Assembly (NCBI RefSeq): GCF_964355755.1
Contig: NC_092670.1
Span: forward strand, 22,430,795-22,494,794
Length of the DNA: 64,000 nt
DNA from: Antedon mediterranea
Lineage: Eukaryota > Animalia > Echinodermata
Direction: 5' to 3'
Below the pieces are notes generated by a model, which made no database searches, had not been told where the DNA came from, and saw only the letters and a program-made list of their open reading frames with translations. Below, piece by piece: positions 49,554 to 61,340 of the stretch (positions are counted from its first letter, which is position 1; every line of letters begins with the position of its first letter). A program made the position numbers and the translations under genes.

Positions 49554-50757
49554 AATTCAACAGAGTTTTTTGTATGCCTTGTATCACTTAGCATTCATAA
49601 TTAAAATGTTTAATAATAAGTCTAGTCTTTTGTACAGATATGTACAAATAGAAATCACTTCCTGGGCATGCTGGGGTGCTTGCGCAGTAACATTTTGTCC
49701 CCAATATGTTTCTTTTTTGTGCGAGAAAATTAGCACCAAACAATGTTTAGGTCTGTGGTAAGCAGTGGACCCATTCTTGGTTGTGCTATGGGTTCTATAA
49801 TGGTTGCCTAGGAGAGCAACATATATCGTATTTAACGTTAAGTTTAGATGTAGCCACACCTCTTTAGTCGAGGTGTGATTCTATTACGACATGATCATGT
49901 TTTATTATAAATGTTTTAATTACATGCGGGTATGGAGAGTGGGGGAGGGGGAGGGATTGAGTGATGGAGTGTGAAATGACGATGAGAGATGAGAAAAGAT
50001 TATAAAAAAGAATGGAGATGAAATGAGAACCAGAAGTATGGCGAGAGAAGAGTGGAAGAGATTGGAGTAGTCGGCAATGTTTAGGCCTTAAAACATTTTT
50101 TATAAATTTATTATATTGTATGCAAGATAGTGATGTATTCTAGCTGATATTAGCTTGTTTGTGGTTTATTTATTACTAGTTTAATACACGATGCAATATA
50201 CAAAACAGTTTGTTTCAAATTTATTTTTTTGAATAATATAAGTGATTTTAATTTAGTATTTTAGAATAATCAATAAGATTTAATGAAAGCATTTCTTTAG
50301 AAATGGTATTGCAGTGTTGATTGCTTAGGTACATTATTATTATTCTTAAATATAGGTACAGTACAGTTTTTTTACCAACAATTCTTCAAATACTACACAG
50401 TTTTTGAGTAAAGTCTGTGTAAATGTTTTTGAATATATATATATATGACTGGTAACAGGTTAAAAACATGTCTGCATGAAAAACTAATTTGACAAAATTT
50501 GTTGTTGTTGAATATAGGCCATTTTAATCTCACATAATAGTTACCAGATTTATTCAAATAAACACCCCGTTTTGAAATAATGCCCTCCCACAGAACATCA
50601 TTTTGAATAAACTCCACCTTTAATAAACGCTGCCACATGCATACAGTATATATATACACACAATATTGCACTGATTAAGGGGTAGTGTTGCCTGAAAGCT
50701 TTTTGATTTAGCTTTTGCTTTTATTTTGTATCTCTATTGAGATCCAGCCACTGATAC

Positions 50758-51789
50758 CAAAGAATATATATCACAAGAATGAGTATTCCGCGATTTTTGC
50801 ATGAGAAATTTGTAACAGAGAGCTCCAGAAAGTAATGCCCGCCCTCATAAGGGCGGATGTATACATACTAAATAAGACTTGATTTAATAGATATTATACA
50901 TGTCACATTAAATAGAATTATGATAATATATTTTGCAATTGTAAACCATTTTATAATACATGTTTATTAACAAACTAGTGTACATTCACTTTTACAGAAA
51001 ATTATTTACTATCATGCTAAGTTAGTTCACGAATAGCGCCACCAAATTCTCCAAAATGTTCAGATTTCTTTCATGTTGGGTTTTTAACAGATTGTGAAAA
51101 CGTAATCATTTATTCTACTGTATTTACAGATTTTCATTAATATTATATTGCACACACGATGTGACACAGTTAATACTAAACTAGATATGCAATGATTTAA
51201 ATAAAAATAATTGATTTTTAAAAGATATATTGATTGATTGATTTTGTAAGAATCATAATAATTATTATTATCTAACACAGCAACACCAAAAATCAACAAA
51301 TCGTTACTCAGCACGGCCTATTCTTTACCATTGCCGTGTACTACTCTACGCCCGGTAAATTAAGTATTGTTTTTATGATATAAATTAGTATAAAATACAT
51401 ATTAATTATTAATAGGACAAAATGTTAAATGTCATTAACATTTATTTGTTTTACCAGAAACAAGTTAAACACCAACACGCCCGGTCACGCTATCGTAGCG
51501 CCCGGTTGATAAAGCAAAACTGTTTATACGGCAGTTTTTACTAAATAAATTGCATAAAAGGAACAATTAAATATCCAAATAGTATTTAGCATGATGTTGG
51601 CATGTAGTTGATAACATTTTTTATCATGAAAATACTACCGGTGGTCCAGCCTTTGATTAGTGAAACCGTCACAAAAAGTTGTATACATCCCAGATACATC
51701 CACACTTATAGCGGCGCCTTACCACATGGACAATATTACTGTTACAGGGAAAATCGCGGATTACTCATTCTTGTGATATATATTCTTTG
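50758..51789. mobile_element. Non-autonomous P-like DNA transposon (1032 bp)
   Basis: About 40-bp TIR CAAAGAATATATATCACAAGAATGAGTA(T/A)TCCGCGATTTT; 7-bp TSD ctgatac; an empty-site paralogue at about 40600-40655 has one copy of ctgatac. Confidence 0.85.
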
Positions 51790-53064
51790 CTGATACCAAC
51801 AGCTTGTCATGGATTTATATACACATTTTTATTTGTAGTAGAATTCATTGATTGACATGATCTACAATTTACTAAGAATTTTGATACAATTTTAGTAGTA
51901 AATTACTTCTAGATATTAATTGTGGTATTTTTTCAAATCCATGGGGTATTTATTGGGTTATACATGTTACCATTCAACCATTTCCCCCGAAATAAACACT
52001 ATTGAAAAAATAAATACCCGGGCATTTAAAAAAAATAAATATGGTATTCACCGGAAGCTCATTGTTTTGGGGGTTTTTTATATTAAGCAAAATCATTATT
52101 TTTGTGAATAATTTAACATTTCAAATATCTGATTTGTTATTTTTCATGTTTTGCAGGACAATACATCTTTAAGCAAATTTACAATAAAATTCAATAGTGT
52201 GAAATTTGTTCTTTTTGTCTTTTTCTTGAAAAATTTGTTCTTGTTTCGACATTTTTTTTGATAATTGGACTAAACACTTTAGTTTCAAGAAAAATTACAT
52301 GAACTCTCAATAGACTAGTTTTAGAAATGAATTTTTCAGTACTTTTAAGAATGGGGTGAAAACAGGGTCCCCTCACCCAATACTATGACTGATAAATATG
52401 CCACAGTTTTCCAATATACTGTATTTTATTATAACCACAGTTGCACCATCCAGCACCACAATATCCATGCTACAATCATGAGACAGTACAGCAATTACAG
52501 GTTTTAAAAGTTTTGGAATTTATTCAAACATTCATATTCCAATATCATACATTGTCCAATAAGAAAAGGTAGATCTACCATAGTGGAAATAAATCAAAAA
52601 TGTATTTTTTATTTTAAATATTTCTTACGTATCTTATTAACCTTGACTGAAGAAGCACAAATCCTACAACTTTACATTAGATGAACGTACATGTTCTAAT
52701 TTTGTATTTTTTATTTCAAATATGGTACAGTACAGCTGCGTCCTACATATAGGACTTCAAAACAAAATGCTTACTGATGTAAATATTAGTTACAATATAC
52801 ATTTGATTATAAAAGTTGTAATGTCTTATACAGTATTAACTTTAAATTAATTACAATTTGGAAGAGTTGGGAGTTTGGGGTGTCTTTGTGGTCAATGACA
52901 ATTAACAAAAATCAACCAAAAACAAAATAATTAAATTGGCCAAATATACTGCGTAACTTGAGTTAGAAAAATATAATGAGTCATGATTGGCCTGATATTT
53001 ATAGCAGTATAGCCAATTTGGACTGGGTTTGAGTTATTGATGAGTGTTTTTCAGAGTTCATTCT

Positions 53065-53949
53065 TCAGTAATACATTTTGTAGTATTCCCTCATTGCCTG
53101 GTCTCTCCTCCTCTTCTCTTGCGGTGACACCCAGTTGCCTCCGTAGTCTCGTTTATTTGATCCTTTCTCTGGCTCCTTAAGGTTTCGTCCGTCGGTTATC
53201 ACTTTAACATCAAAGTCCAACAGGCCATATTCCCGTGATTTTGCAGCCGATTTTGTTGACAATTTGGCCATGTCATCCTCACTTAAACTATTTTTTTCCT
53301 GATATTCACGTTTTACTTTGCGGATTTCTTGATGGACGTCATTCTGATGATCTTTGAATTCATCCCAGATTTTTGTTTGGTTCTTGTGTTCACGAGCTCG
53401 TTTGTAAAGCTGTTGATTTTTTTTGCATAACCGATGAAGTTCTTCATTGAACCACGGGGCAAGGCTAGTGTAATCTATTTTCTCAGTTTCTTTTTCTGTA
53501 TCATCTACTTTTTCTGCTTCATCTTTTTTCTCTGAGCTTTCATCCTCCATTTTTTCTATTGAATCAGTTTTTTCCTTCTTTGTTTCATCTTTATTTTCTG
53601 ATTCACCTTCTGCCTGCTCCTCTACTTTCTCTGGACTCTTATCATTCTCTGATTTCTCTGCGTTGTCGTTACCTGAGTTAACCTGATCATCTGACTTAGC
53701 CTGTTCATCTGACTTAGCCTGTTCATCTGACTTAGCCTGTTCATCTGACTTAGCCTGTTCATCAGAGGCCTGTTCCTCGTTCGTTGCCTCGGCGTGTGGT
53801 TCACCGGCGTTTTCCACAGCGTCCCCAGCAGCAGGCTCAGCAGCCTCCTGACCAGAATTTTCCGTCTCAGCCTGTTCGACAATTTCCGATTCATTTACTT
53901 GATTTTCTTCGGCATTATTCGATACCTCATTTGCGGTATTTGATTCCAT
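53065..53949 (-). CDS. Intronless 294-aa protein: acidic disordered N-terminus with (SDEQAK)4 and a basic helical C-terminal region resembling the LINE ORF2 linker
   Basis: 885-bp open frame in AT-rich DNA; divergent to TMEM11; AATAAA on the minus strand near 52520; motif APWFNEELHRLCKKNQQLYKRA...WDEFKDHQNDVHQEIRKVKREY. Confidence 0.75.
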   Translation of the reverse strand: MESNTANEVSNNAEENQVNESEIVEQAETENSGQEAAEPAAGDAVENAGEPHAEATNEEQASDEQAKSDEQAKSDEQAKSDEQAKSDDQVNSGNDNAEKSENDKSPEKVEEQAEGESENKDETKKEKTDSIEKMEDESSEKKDEAEKVDDTEKETEKIDYTSLAPWFNEELHRLCKKNQQLYKRAREHKNQTKIWDEFKDHQNDVHQEIRKVKREYQEKNSLSEDDMAKLSTKSAAKSREYGLLDFDVKVITDGRNLKEPEKGSNKRDYGGNWVSPQEKRRRDQAMREYYKMYY

Positions 53950-55302
53950 TATATCTCAATATCAATATATGATGTAAAGCTAGACTGGAAGTAGCAAATA
54001 AGTTCCCAAATACACGAATTCTACCGCTCACAAAATGTCGTTTCCTCCACAATGCCTTTTTCTAGCTCGGCTTGGCTCTCTACGCGCATCGTGGTTAAAA
54101 CCAAACTTATACTATTTACACGGACATAGGCACGTGTAAATATCCACAATAATCCGTCTCACTGCCAACAGTTATATTCGATAGATGATTTGGAATTTAA
54201 TTTAAATTCGTCTATCTATAAATTGATTCACTTTGATTATATTTTGTGTCCTTATTGTATGTTATGTATTCTACTTTAGTTAACATAAAATTATTAAAGA
54301 GTAGGCCTATTTCTAATCAATGCAATTATTTATTTCATTAGAATTAAAGTTAACACCTTTTTTCTTACCGAGGCTATAGATTTTATTTATTTGTTGTTTC
54401 AGAGAAATATAATAAATCATAATGTATAATATTGTAATTTAGATTGATAGTTACCAATCTTTTTGTAATAAGATATGAGATATTTTTTAAAGTTTTTATA
54501 ATATTTTAAAATATTTATAGGCCTACTTGTTTTATTTTAAATCCAATCTGTTGTGAAATAAATCAATAAAATACTGCAAATTATTTTTAAAAGACAAAAT
54601 AATCTAAACCCCACTGTCTGGCAGAATTTGAGTATTTTTTGCTTTCAATTTTCCAGATAAAATTTTGTTTTTTTTTTCGATCTAATTGGTATATTACGTG
54701 AATCCTATTATGTGGCATTAAAAAGGCATTGAACAAACAGAATAAAATAAAAAGGGGAGAATATCTTTAATGCATGCGTAGTAACGACTAATTATTATTA
54801 GTATAAGCTTGCTATATTAATAGGGGAGTCCCTGAAAAAAGCATATAAAAGTATATTGTTTTAACGCTTTATTCCTTTTTAACAAATATTTACAATATAT
54901 ACTGGTTTCAAAGGCGGCTCAGGTTTAATGTTCTTACATATATTTGTATAGCCTGGTTAAAATTCACATAATTCACATAAACTTCAAGGATGGATTTGGT
55001 GCAGGAACAATAAAACAATAAATTATTACAGTACAGTATGTGTATTGTATTTTTGTTTATATACCTTTATTATAATATAATTATACGCCCTGTACCTGCT
55101 AGGGTAATTACTCCATTGTTACATACTACCTGAAATAAAAGGTAAGAGGGTTCTCTGGAGGAATAGACAAATAATTAAGTGCTAATAGACTTGTATAATG
55201 ACGTCAGATTTAGTATAACAGCGCCCTCTGTTTTTTTTCCAGAGAGAGACGTTTTTTTCGTTTGCAGAAATTAAAATTACAGAAAGTTTTATTGTTGGCG
55301 CG

Positions 55303-56446
55303 ATGGCTGATGATAAACAAAGGTTTGTTTGAAATGAAAATTAAATTTTTAGTATAATACTATGAAGGTATAAATATTCCAAGGTTTTGGAGGTCTATTT
55401 ACAATTTTCAAATATGTAAAACTATAATTTGTACATGTTTTTCCTAGGCCTAGGAAAGCTAGCGTCGTGCTCGGCTGTATGTGATTAGTTGGCGGGTAGA
55501 ATGCACACAGCAGTCAGTGCAGGGAGATTCACAATACCGCTCTATATGCAGCTGCTGAGCTCGGTCATGTCAATCTGTGCGTGGTTTAAAGCCCGGTGGG
55601 GTTTTATGGGTTTTATAATATAAAATGTTATCCAGTTCATGATAAACATCATTGTTAATGATATATATAATATTAATCATCTTTAACTTGTTCTTGGTAG
55701 ACAAAATAAATTTAATGTCAATCAATCAATGACGATGTAACATCGGAGCATATTGTTTAAAAAATGCATTTTTTTTATATATGTATAAAAAACTGTACTA
55801 GCCTAGATGCTACCAACTGGGCATAGATTTGTATGATTCAAATTGTAATTGGTTGCTACTTAATATAGTGCTTGTAATGATAAATCTATTTTAGAATTTT
55901 TAATCATAAAATATTTATTTAATTATACTTAGAGAACTAGTGGGAACCGATTGTGCTATTATTCATGAAATCTACGACAATGGAAATGCACAAGAACAAT
56001 TTGAATTTGAACTTGAACAAGCTCTAGAAGCGCAGAAAGCAATAATCATCATCGAACCGTCACGTATAGGTGACGAAACGGCACGTTGGATCGTCGTAGG
56101 AAATTGCATTCACAAGATGTCAGTACTATCCGGAGTTACCGCCCTCACATCACCTCTTTTGTTGCCAGAAAGTTTTTCAAATTTTGTTTGCATACCAATG
56201 GGAGTAATAAGCATAGGTTGTGCCGTGCTGTATGGCGTTTCCTGGCAATTTGATCCATGCTGTAAATATCAAGTAGAGTATAACACACGCAAGTTATCGA
56301 AGTTGCCACTACACACGCTATCGACGTCATCACCGGTCGTGCTTGTACGAAAAGATGATAAATATCGGAAACTTTTACACAACATGCTCTCAGGAATGAC
56401 CTGCATGTATTTAGGATACAAAGTCTACCACTGGTTTTTACAATGA
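55303..56446 (+). CDS. TMEM11: Mitochondrial transmembrane protein 11; exons 55303-55322 and 55933-56446
   Basis: MADDKQR|ELVGTDCAIIHEIYDNGNAQEQFEFELEQALEA...IEPSRIGDETARWIVVGNCIHK...SWQFDPCCKYQVE...SSPVVLVRKDD. Confidence 0.95.
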
Positions 56447-56784
56447 AGCTTTTAATCTAGGAAAATGGAACTAGAACAAAATTGGATGATTAAAAATCCA
56501 GAAAATATATTTTAAGAATTCGGAAGGTTTTGAGAGTGTTTAATGCATTTATTCAAGTCATTAAATTTAATGTTTCTGTATTATCGGGCATCTTCCAAAA
56601 AATCTAATCATATAAGATTTCTGTTTCAAACGCTCTGTCTACACTATTAAAAAAAATGTCCTCAAATATGGTAGTGATATACCCAAATATGGTAGTGATA
56701 TAACATCATCCATTATGGGAACATCAGATTTTTTTGTCACATAAAGTTTGATAGATGTATTTGAGCTTAACACTACAGTATTAA

Positions 56785-57090
56785 AAAATTTTATTTTGAC
56801 AAACCAAAATTATTAACTGACCTGACTGACAGTTTCACGAGCACTTTCTTCAGAGTGACGACTATATTGCTAAGCAAAGCAATATGTGGCGTTCGCCTAA
56901 CAATAGGGTCGAATACGTGACCCAGAAAATGGGCGCCCTCGTCTCGGTTCATATTGCCTCCTTGATGCGTCTGGTGTTTCCATCCTCTGCCCTGTCTCTG
57001 ATCTGGGATTTGATCCCACTTTGAACTTGAAATGAGTACTTAAACTTTCAGTCAGGTCGGTTACTACTTTTGGTTTGTCAAAATAGAATT
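56785..57090. mobile_element. MITE flanked by TTAA (Kolobok- or piggyBac-type target)
   Basis: About 45-bp inverted ends ATTTTGACAAACCAAAA...GACCTGACTGA / TCAGTCAGGTC...TTTTGGTTTGTCAAAAT; TTAA on both sides. Confidence 0.6.
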
Positions 57091-57964
57091 TTAAAATAAC
57101 TTCATTTTCAAACCAGATGAAAATGTTCAATCTGAGCTTAACGCATAGAAATATCATTTAATGTAATATGCATCATCACTGACTTGTGCAAACCACTCCA
57201 GGCTACAGTACAATACCTACATACTGTATGTCCAGTGAACTTAGCACCAGTTTCGAACTGTTTAACACAACAACCAGGTCTATGCCAAGGCACCAAAATG
57301 AGTTCATAATAAGCATTTGATTTTATATGTTAGCTCAGGCTAGAAATATTGAATGTGAACTAGTGAACAAGACTGTTATGTTAAAGATACGATTTATTGC
57401 CTTTTTAAATGAATGATATTAAAATATAAATTATTGTGATGTCATTAAACTTGGAATGAATTCTCAAAATATTATTCTCTAACTAAATAATTGAAATCTA
57501 TGTCTATGACAAGCTGTTTATTAGGCTTAATTATTTTGTGGGAAAATGAGTTTAAATAAATAAAATATATATGAATTATGATATAATTTTATGTGAGTTT
57601 TTTTAGTTTATTTAATACATTTAAAGTAATAATGATACCATCTGAGGTCGGGGATCATGCTTTTCCCAGTGAATAATCTATATTTTGATCTAATAGATTT
57701 TAAAGTCATCAAAAATAGTTTAAATATATTTTTATGTACATACAGTACCATTACAAATGATTTGTATTTAATTCAATTATTTTAAAATAATTATAGAGGG
57801 TGCTCTAAATACACAAATCAAATTAAACGATAGAGGGAGCAATACAAAAATAAATATCTCGACGATTAAAGATTTTAAAAACTAGGCCTAGCCTAGGCTA
57901 AATTAATTAAAACTAAAATTAAAGTTGCGTACAATTAAATTACTGTACACTAAATTATGTAATA

Positions 57965-58017
57965 ATGAGTGATGAAGCTATACAGGCGACAAATGATGAT
58001 GCATCAATGTGCAAACG
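57965..58017 (+). CDS. LCMT1: Probable first coding exon of leucine carboxyl methyltransferase 1; the rest is not found in the window
   Basis: ATG...MSDEAIQATNDDASMCKR followed by a GTGAGT donor; matches the conserved LCMT N-terminal motif (xxTNDDAxxxKR); only 18 codons, so LCMT2 cannot be excluded. Confidence 0.7.
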
Positions 58018-58097
58018 GTGAGTAGATTTGCCGTAAGAAAGCTAGGGCCCTACAGTACTAGGTTAGAGTTAGTTAGGCCTACTAGCTAGGCCCCATC

Positions 58098-59622
58098 CAG
58101 CCCACGAAATTCAGAAAAAAGAAGGTCGGCAAAAAATTGCCGACCTTAAATTCGCCAAGGTCGGCAGTCTCGGCAGTTCTAAAAATAGAAAATTCACCAA
58201 GGCCTAACCTCTTGCTAACCTAAAGCCTAGCTAGGCCTAGCCTCCCTAGCTATATGTTATGCAAAAAGAACTAGCAAAATTAACTAAAATATAAAAACCT
58301 AACACTAAAATTTACAAGATAAATTCTATTTGATAATTGCTGAACATCGTGGTTCTGGAGCTAGCCGTACACAGAGCATAGCCTGGTTGCTTGCTGCTTG
58401 GCATAACAGGGTGTTATGCGCGATTTGAACGATTTGCGCAATTTGAAATTGCGCAAAAAAAATCCTTGCGCAATTTGAATTGAAACATGTGTTTCAAATT
58501 GCGCAAGCAACGTATTAAATTGCGCAAGTAATCTGCAAATTGCGCAAGGTTTTTCGACAGATTGTGAAATCATGCACACCCATATTTTTATAGTAATTTC
58601 TAAGAATGATTCAAAATTAAAGATAAATATCGCATTTCCTTATTTTAGTAGTGCAAATATTGTTATAAGTTAGCATACCGTCGAAGAACCGACGAAGGAA
58701 AACGAAGCGGTGGTGTTCCACCAGGCGGGCGCGGCGCGGGCGGCCGGCTATACTACTCTAGCCTAGCTAGGGTCTGGACTACTGATACTGACTAGGTTAC
58801 ATGGCCTAGCTTAAACTAATATTAAAAACTTAATTTTTACATTTATTTTGATTTATTTCAAGTTACAGTGATAATATTATTTAATTGTAATAATAAATGT
58901 TATGTATATATTACACACATCTTCGCATTTATTATGTTTTATTTTGAGTTATTTAGTTTCCAATAAATTATTAATACCGATTGTCTGGTAGAATTTTGTT
59001 GCGCAATTTGAAAATTTACAGTTCGTTTTCAAATTGCGCAAAGGTGTCATATTGCGCAAGAACTATCTTGCGCAATTTACAAATTGTGCAGCGCAATTTA
59101 AAATTGCGCAAAGATTTTCTTGCGCAATTTGAAATTGCGCAAGTTGATTGCGCAATTTGAAATTGCGCAAAAAAATCCTTGCGCAATTTTAAATTGCGCA
59201 AGAATTCTTTGCGCAATTTCAAATTGCGCAAGGATTTTTTTGCGCAATTTCAAATTGCGCAAATCGTTCAAATCGCGCATAACACAGGGTATTCCCCTAC
59301 ACAGGTCTGTCCCACAGCGCGCTGTGCCCAGCCAGCTTGATAGGAAAGCATGCAGCTCACACACAACATGATGTAATGGTTGAGTGAATTCAGGGATCAT
59401 CTTAATTCCATGGTTTGTTAACTAAACACAACATGGTGGTGAATATGCCTGTTAAAATTTCAATGATACGATCCCTTAAAGTACCATGTTGTTGCTAGGA
59501 GGCTTGAAAGGAAGGATCTCTAGCCTAGTTTCAAGGTCGGCAATCTCTTGCCGTCCTCTGACAATTTAAGGTCGGCAATAAGGTCGGCAATTGCCGATTG
59601 CCGACGTGAAATTCGTGGGCTG
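58098..59622. mobile_element. hAT-like non-autonomous element with a 6-bp TSD, containing a nested MITE
   Basis: CAGCCCACGAA...TTCGTGGGCTG; cccatc on both sides; multiple subterminal AAGGTCGGCA/TGCCGAC motifs at both ends. Confidence 0.75.
58412..59284. mobile_element. TGT...ACA MITE with TTGCGCAA arrays (Ginger-type termini), 5-bp TSD
   Basis: caggg|TGTTATGCGCGATTTGAACGATTTGCGCAA...TTGCGCAAATCGTTCAAATCGCGCATAACA|caggg. Confidence 0.85.
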
Positions 59623-59823
59623 CCCATCCATAACTACTACATAGGCCTAGTCGCCCTAGGCTAGCCATTAGATAGGTAGGCCACCAGATGACACTGACAG
59701 CCTATCTATCCCTACTTTAGTAGTAGTACTAGGCCTAGTGAGCTAAGGACTGACACAGGCAGTGACCTGACACTATGTGCCTGTGTTGGTAGGCAAGGTG
59801 GCGGGCTCTGGTGGTTGTTGTTA

Positions 59824-60516
59824 TGTTATGCGTGATTTGAACGATTTTTGCGCAATTTGAAATTGCAATCAATTTGCGCAATTTCAAATTGCGCAAGAAA
59901 ATCCTTGCGCAATTTCAAATTGCGCTGTACAATTTGTAAATTGCGCAAGATAGTTCTTGCGCAATATGACACCTTTGCGCAATTTGAAAACGAACTGTTT
60001 GTTATTTTTGTTATTGTACTCATTTGTTGTTGAGAATGGTACCGAAAGGTCGATCTTTTTTGTCATTAAATTTAATTTTTAAGTTAAATAGTAATTAAAC
60101 GTCTAATAATTCGTAATAATTATTGTTTCTAAAAAAAATCCAATCGTTATTAGTCTCCTCATATTATGTGTGAATATGGTATTTTATAGAACCATTGGGA
60201 ATTCGAGATTTTTTTTATTCGGAAAAAAAAATGCGGGAGGGAAGCTCCCGGGAGGATAAGGAAATGCGATATTATCTTCAATTTTGAATCATTCTTAGAA
60301 ATTACTAAAAAAATATGGGTGTGCATGATTTCACAATCTGTCGAAAAACCTTGCGCAATTTGCAGATTACTTGCGCAATTTAATACGTTGCTTGCGCAAT
60401 TTGAAACACATGTTTCAATTCAAATTGCGCAAGGAATTTTTTGCGCAATTTTAAATTGCGCAAGAAAATCCTTGCGCAATTTCAAATTGCGCAAATCGTT
60501 CAAATCGCGCATAACA
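59824..60516. mobile_element. Second, inverted copy of the TGT...ACA MITE, 4-bp TSD
   Basis: gtta|TGTTATGCGTGATTTGAACG...CGTTCAAATCGCGCATAACA|gtta; about 60255-60516 is the reverse complement of about 58412-58645. Confidence 0.85.
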
Positions 60517-60551
60517 GTTACACACACAGGTGGTCTAACGAGTGGTGGTTT

Positions 60552-60810
60552 AGCGAGTGAGTGGCCGAGCGGTTAAGACAGTGGAACCGTCATTACGTAG
60601 CCATAACATCGGCAAGGGTTCGAGGCTCACTCGCTCCATGGTTCTGGTGGTAGAACGAGTCTTCTCGGATAAGGATTATAAACCGTAGGTCCAGTGTACA
60701 CATAGCTCATGCGCACTTTAAAGAACCTAGTACATCTTTCGAGACGAGTAGGGGGTTACCCCGGTGTACTAGTCCACACAAACACAGCCACTGTCACACA
60801 CAGCCACTGT
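60552..60810 (+). mobile_element. tRNA-derived SINE with a V/Meta-type central domain
   Basis: A box TGGCCGAGCGG; B box GGTTCGAGGC; core GGATAAGGATTATAAACCGTAGGTCC...TTAAAGAACC...GAGTAGGGGGTTACCCCGGTGT; CA-rich tail. Confidence 0.75.
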
Positions 60811-61340
60811 GCAAATTGGGACTGGACCGTTTTAGAGGTGTTTACCAAAAAAAAGTATAGGAACACCCTTAATTTCATGCTAAATGTTTTTTTCTGTTAC
60901 TAAATTAAAATTTATATCCCATCATATATAATAACCATTAAGGTTATAGTCCAGTTTTGGAAGAGCCTATATGTAAATTGACAGACTGCAGCGTAAAAGT
61001 AACCATGCAATACAATACTGCACCCAATTTACCGCCGGCTTAGCATATTTTTGTAGTTGATATATTTCTGAAAATGCTCAGAATTAATTTCTGACTGTTT
61101 GGATTGCTTGTGTGCGTCATGAGAAGGTACGAAAGGCCACTACACACTGTTCGTGGAAAACCCTGGTTCATTGACTTGTCCATTGCATTTTGCCGGAGAT
61201 TCCCATTATTTAAGTATTTCAGTCCCCTATTTATCTTCATTTTATGTCCGTAATATTGGGGCAAACTTCCGTAGTAATTAAGGACGTTCCAAACTTTAAA
61301 ATAACTGCACTTCTTTTTGCAAATTTTGATCATATTTTTA

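Noticed and set aside
53622-53972. Overlapping alternative-frame ORFs (MNRLSQ repeats; + strand 62 aa)
   Set aside because: Alternative frames of the 18-bp coding repeat region in the 294-aa ORF.
58361-60576. Cluster of LRNLKLRK / CAISNCAR ORFs
   Set aside because: Products of stop-poor TTGCGCAA palindrome arrays in MITEs.
60552-60640. Functional tRNA gene
   Set aside because: A and B boxes are present, but there is no proper anticodon arm and the sequence continues into a SINE core.
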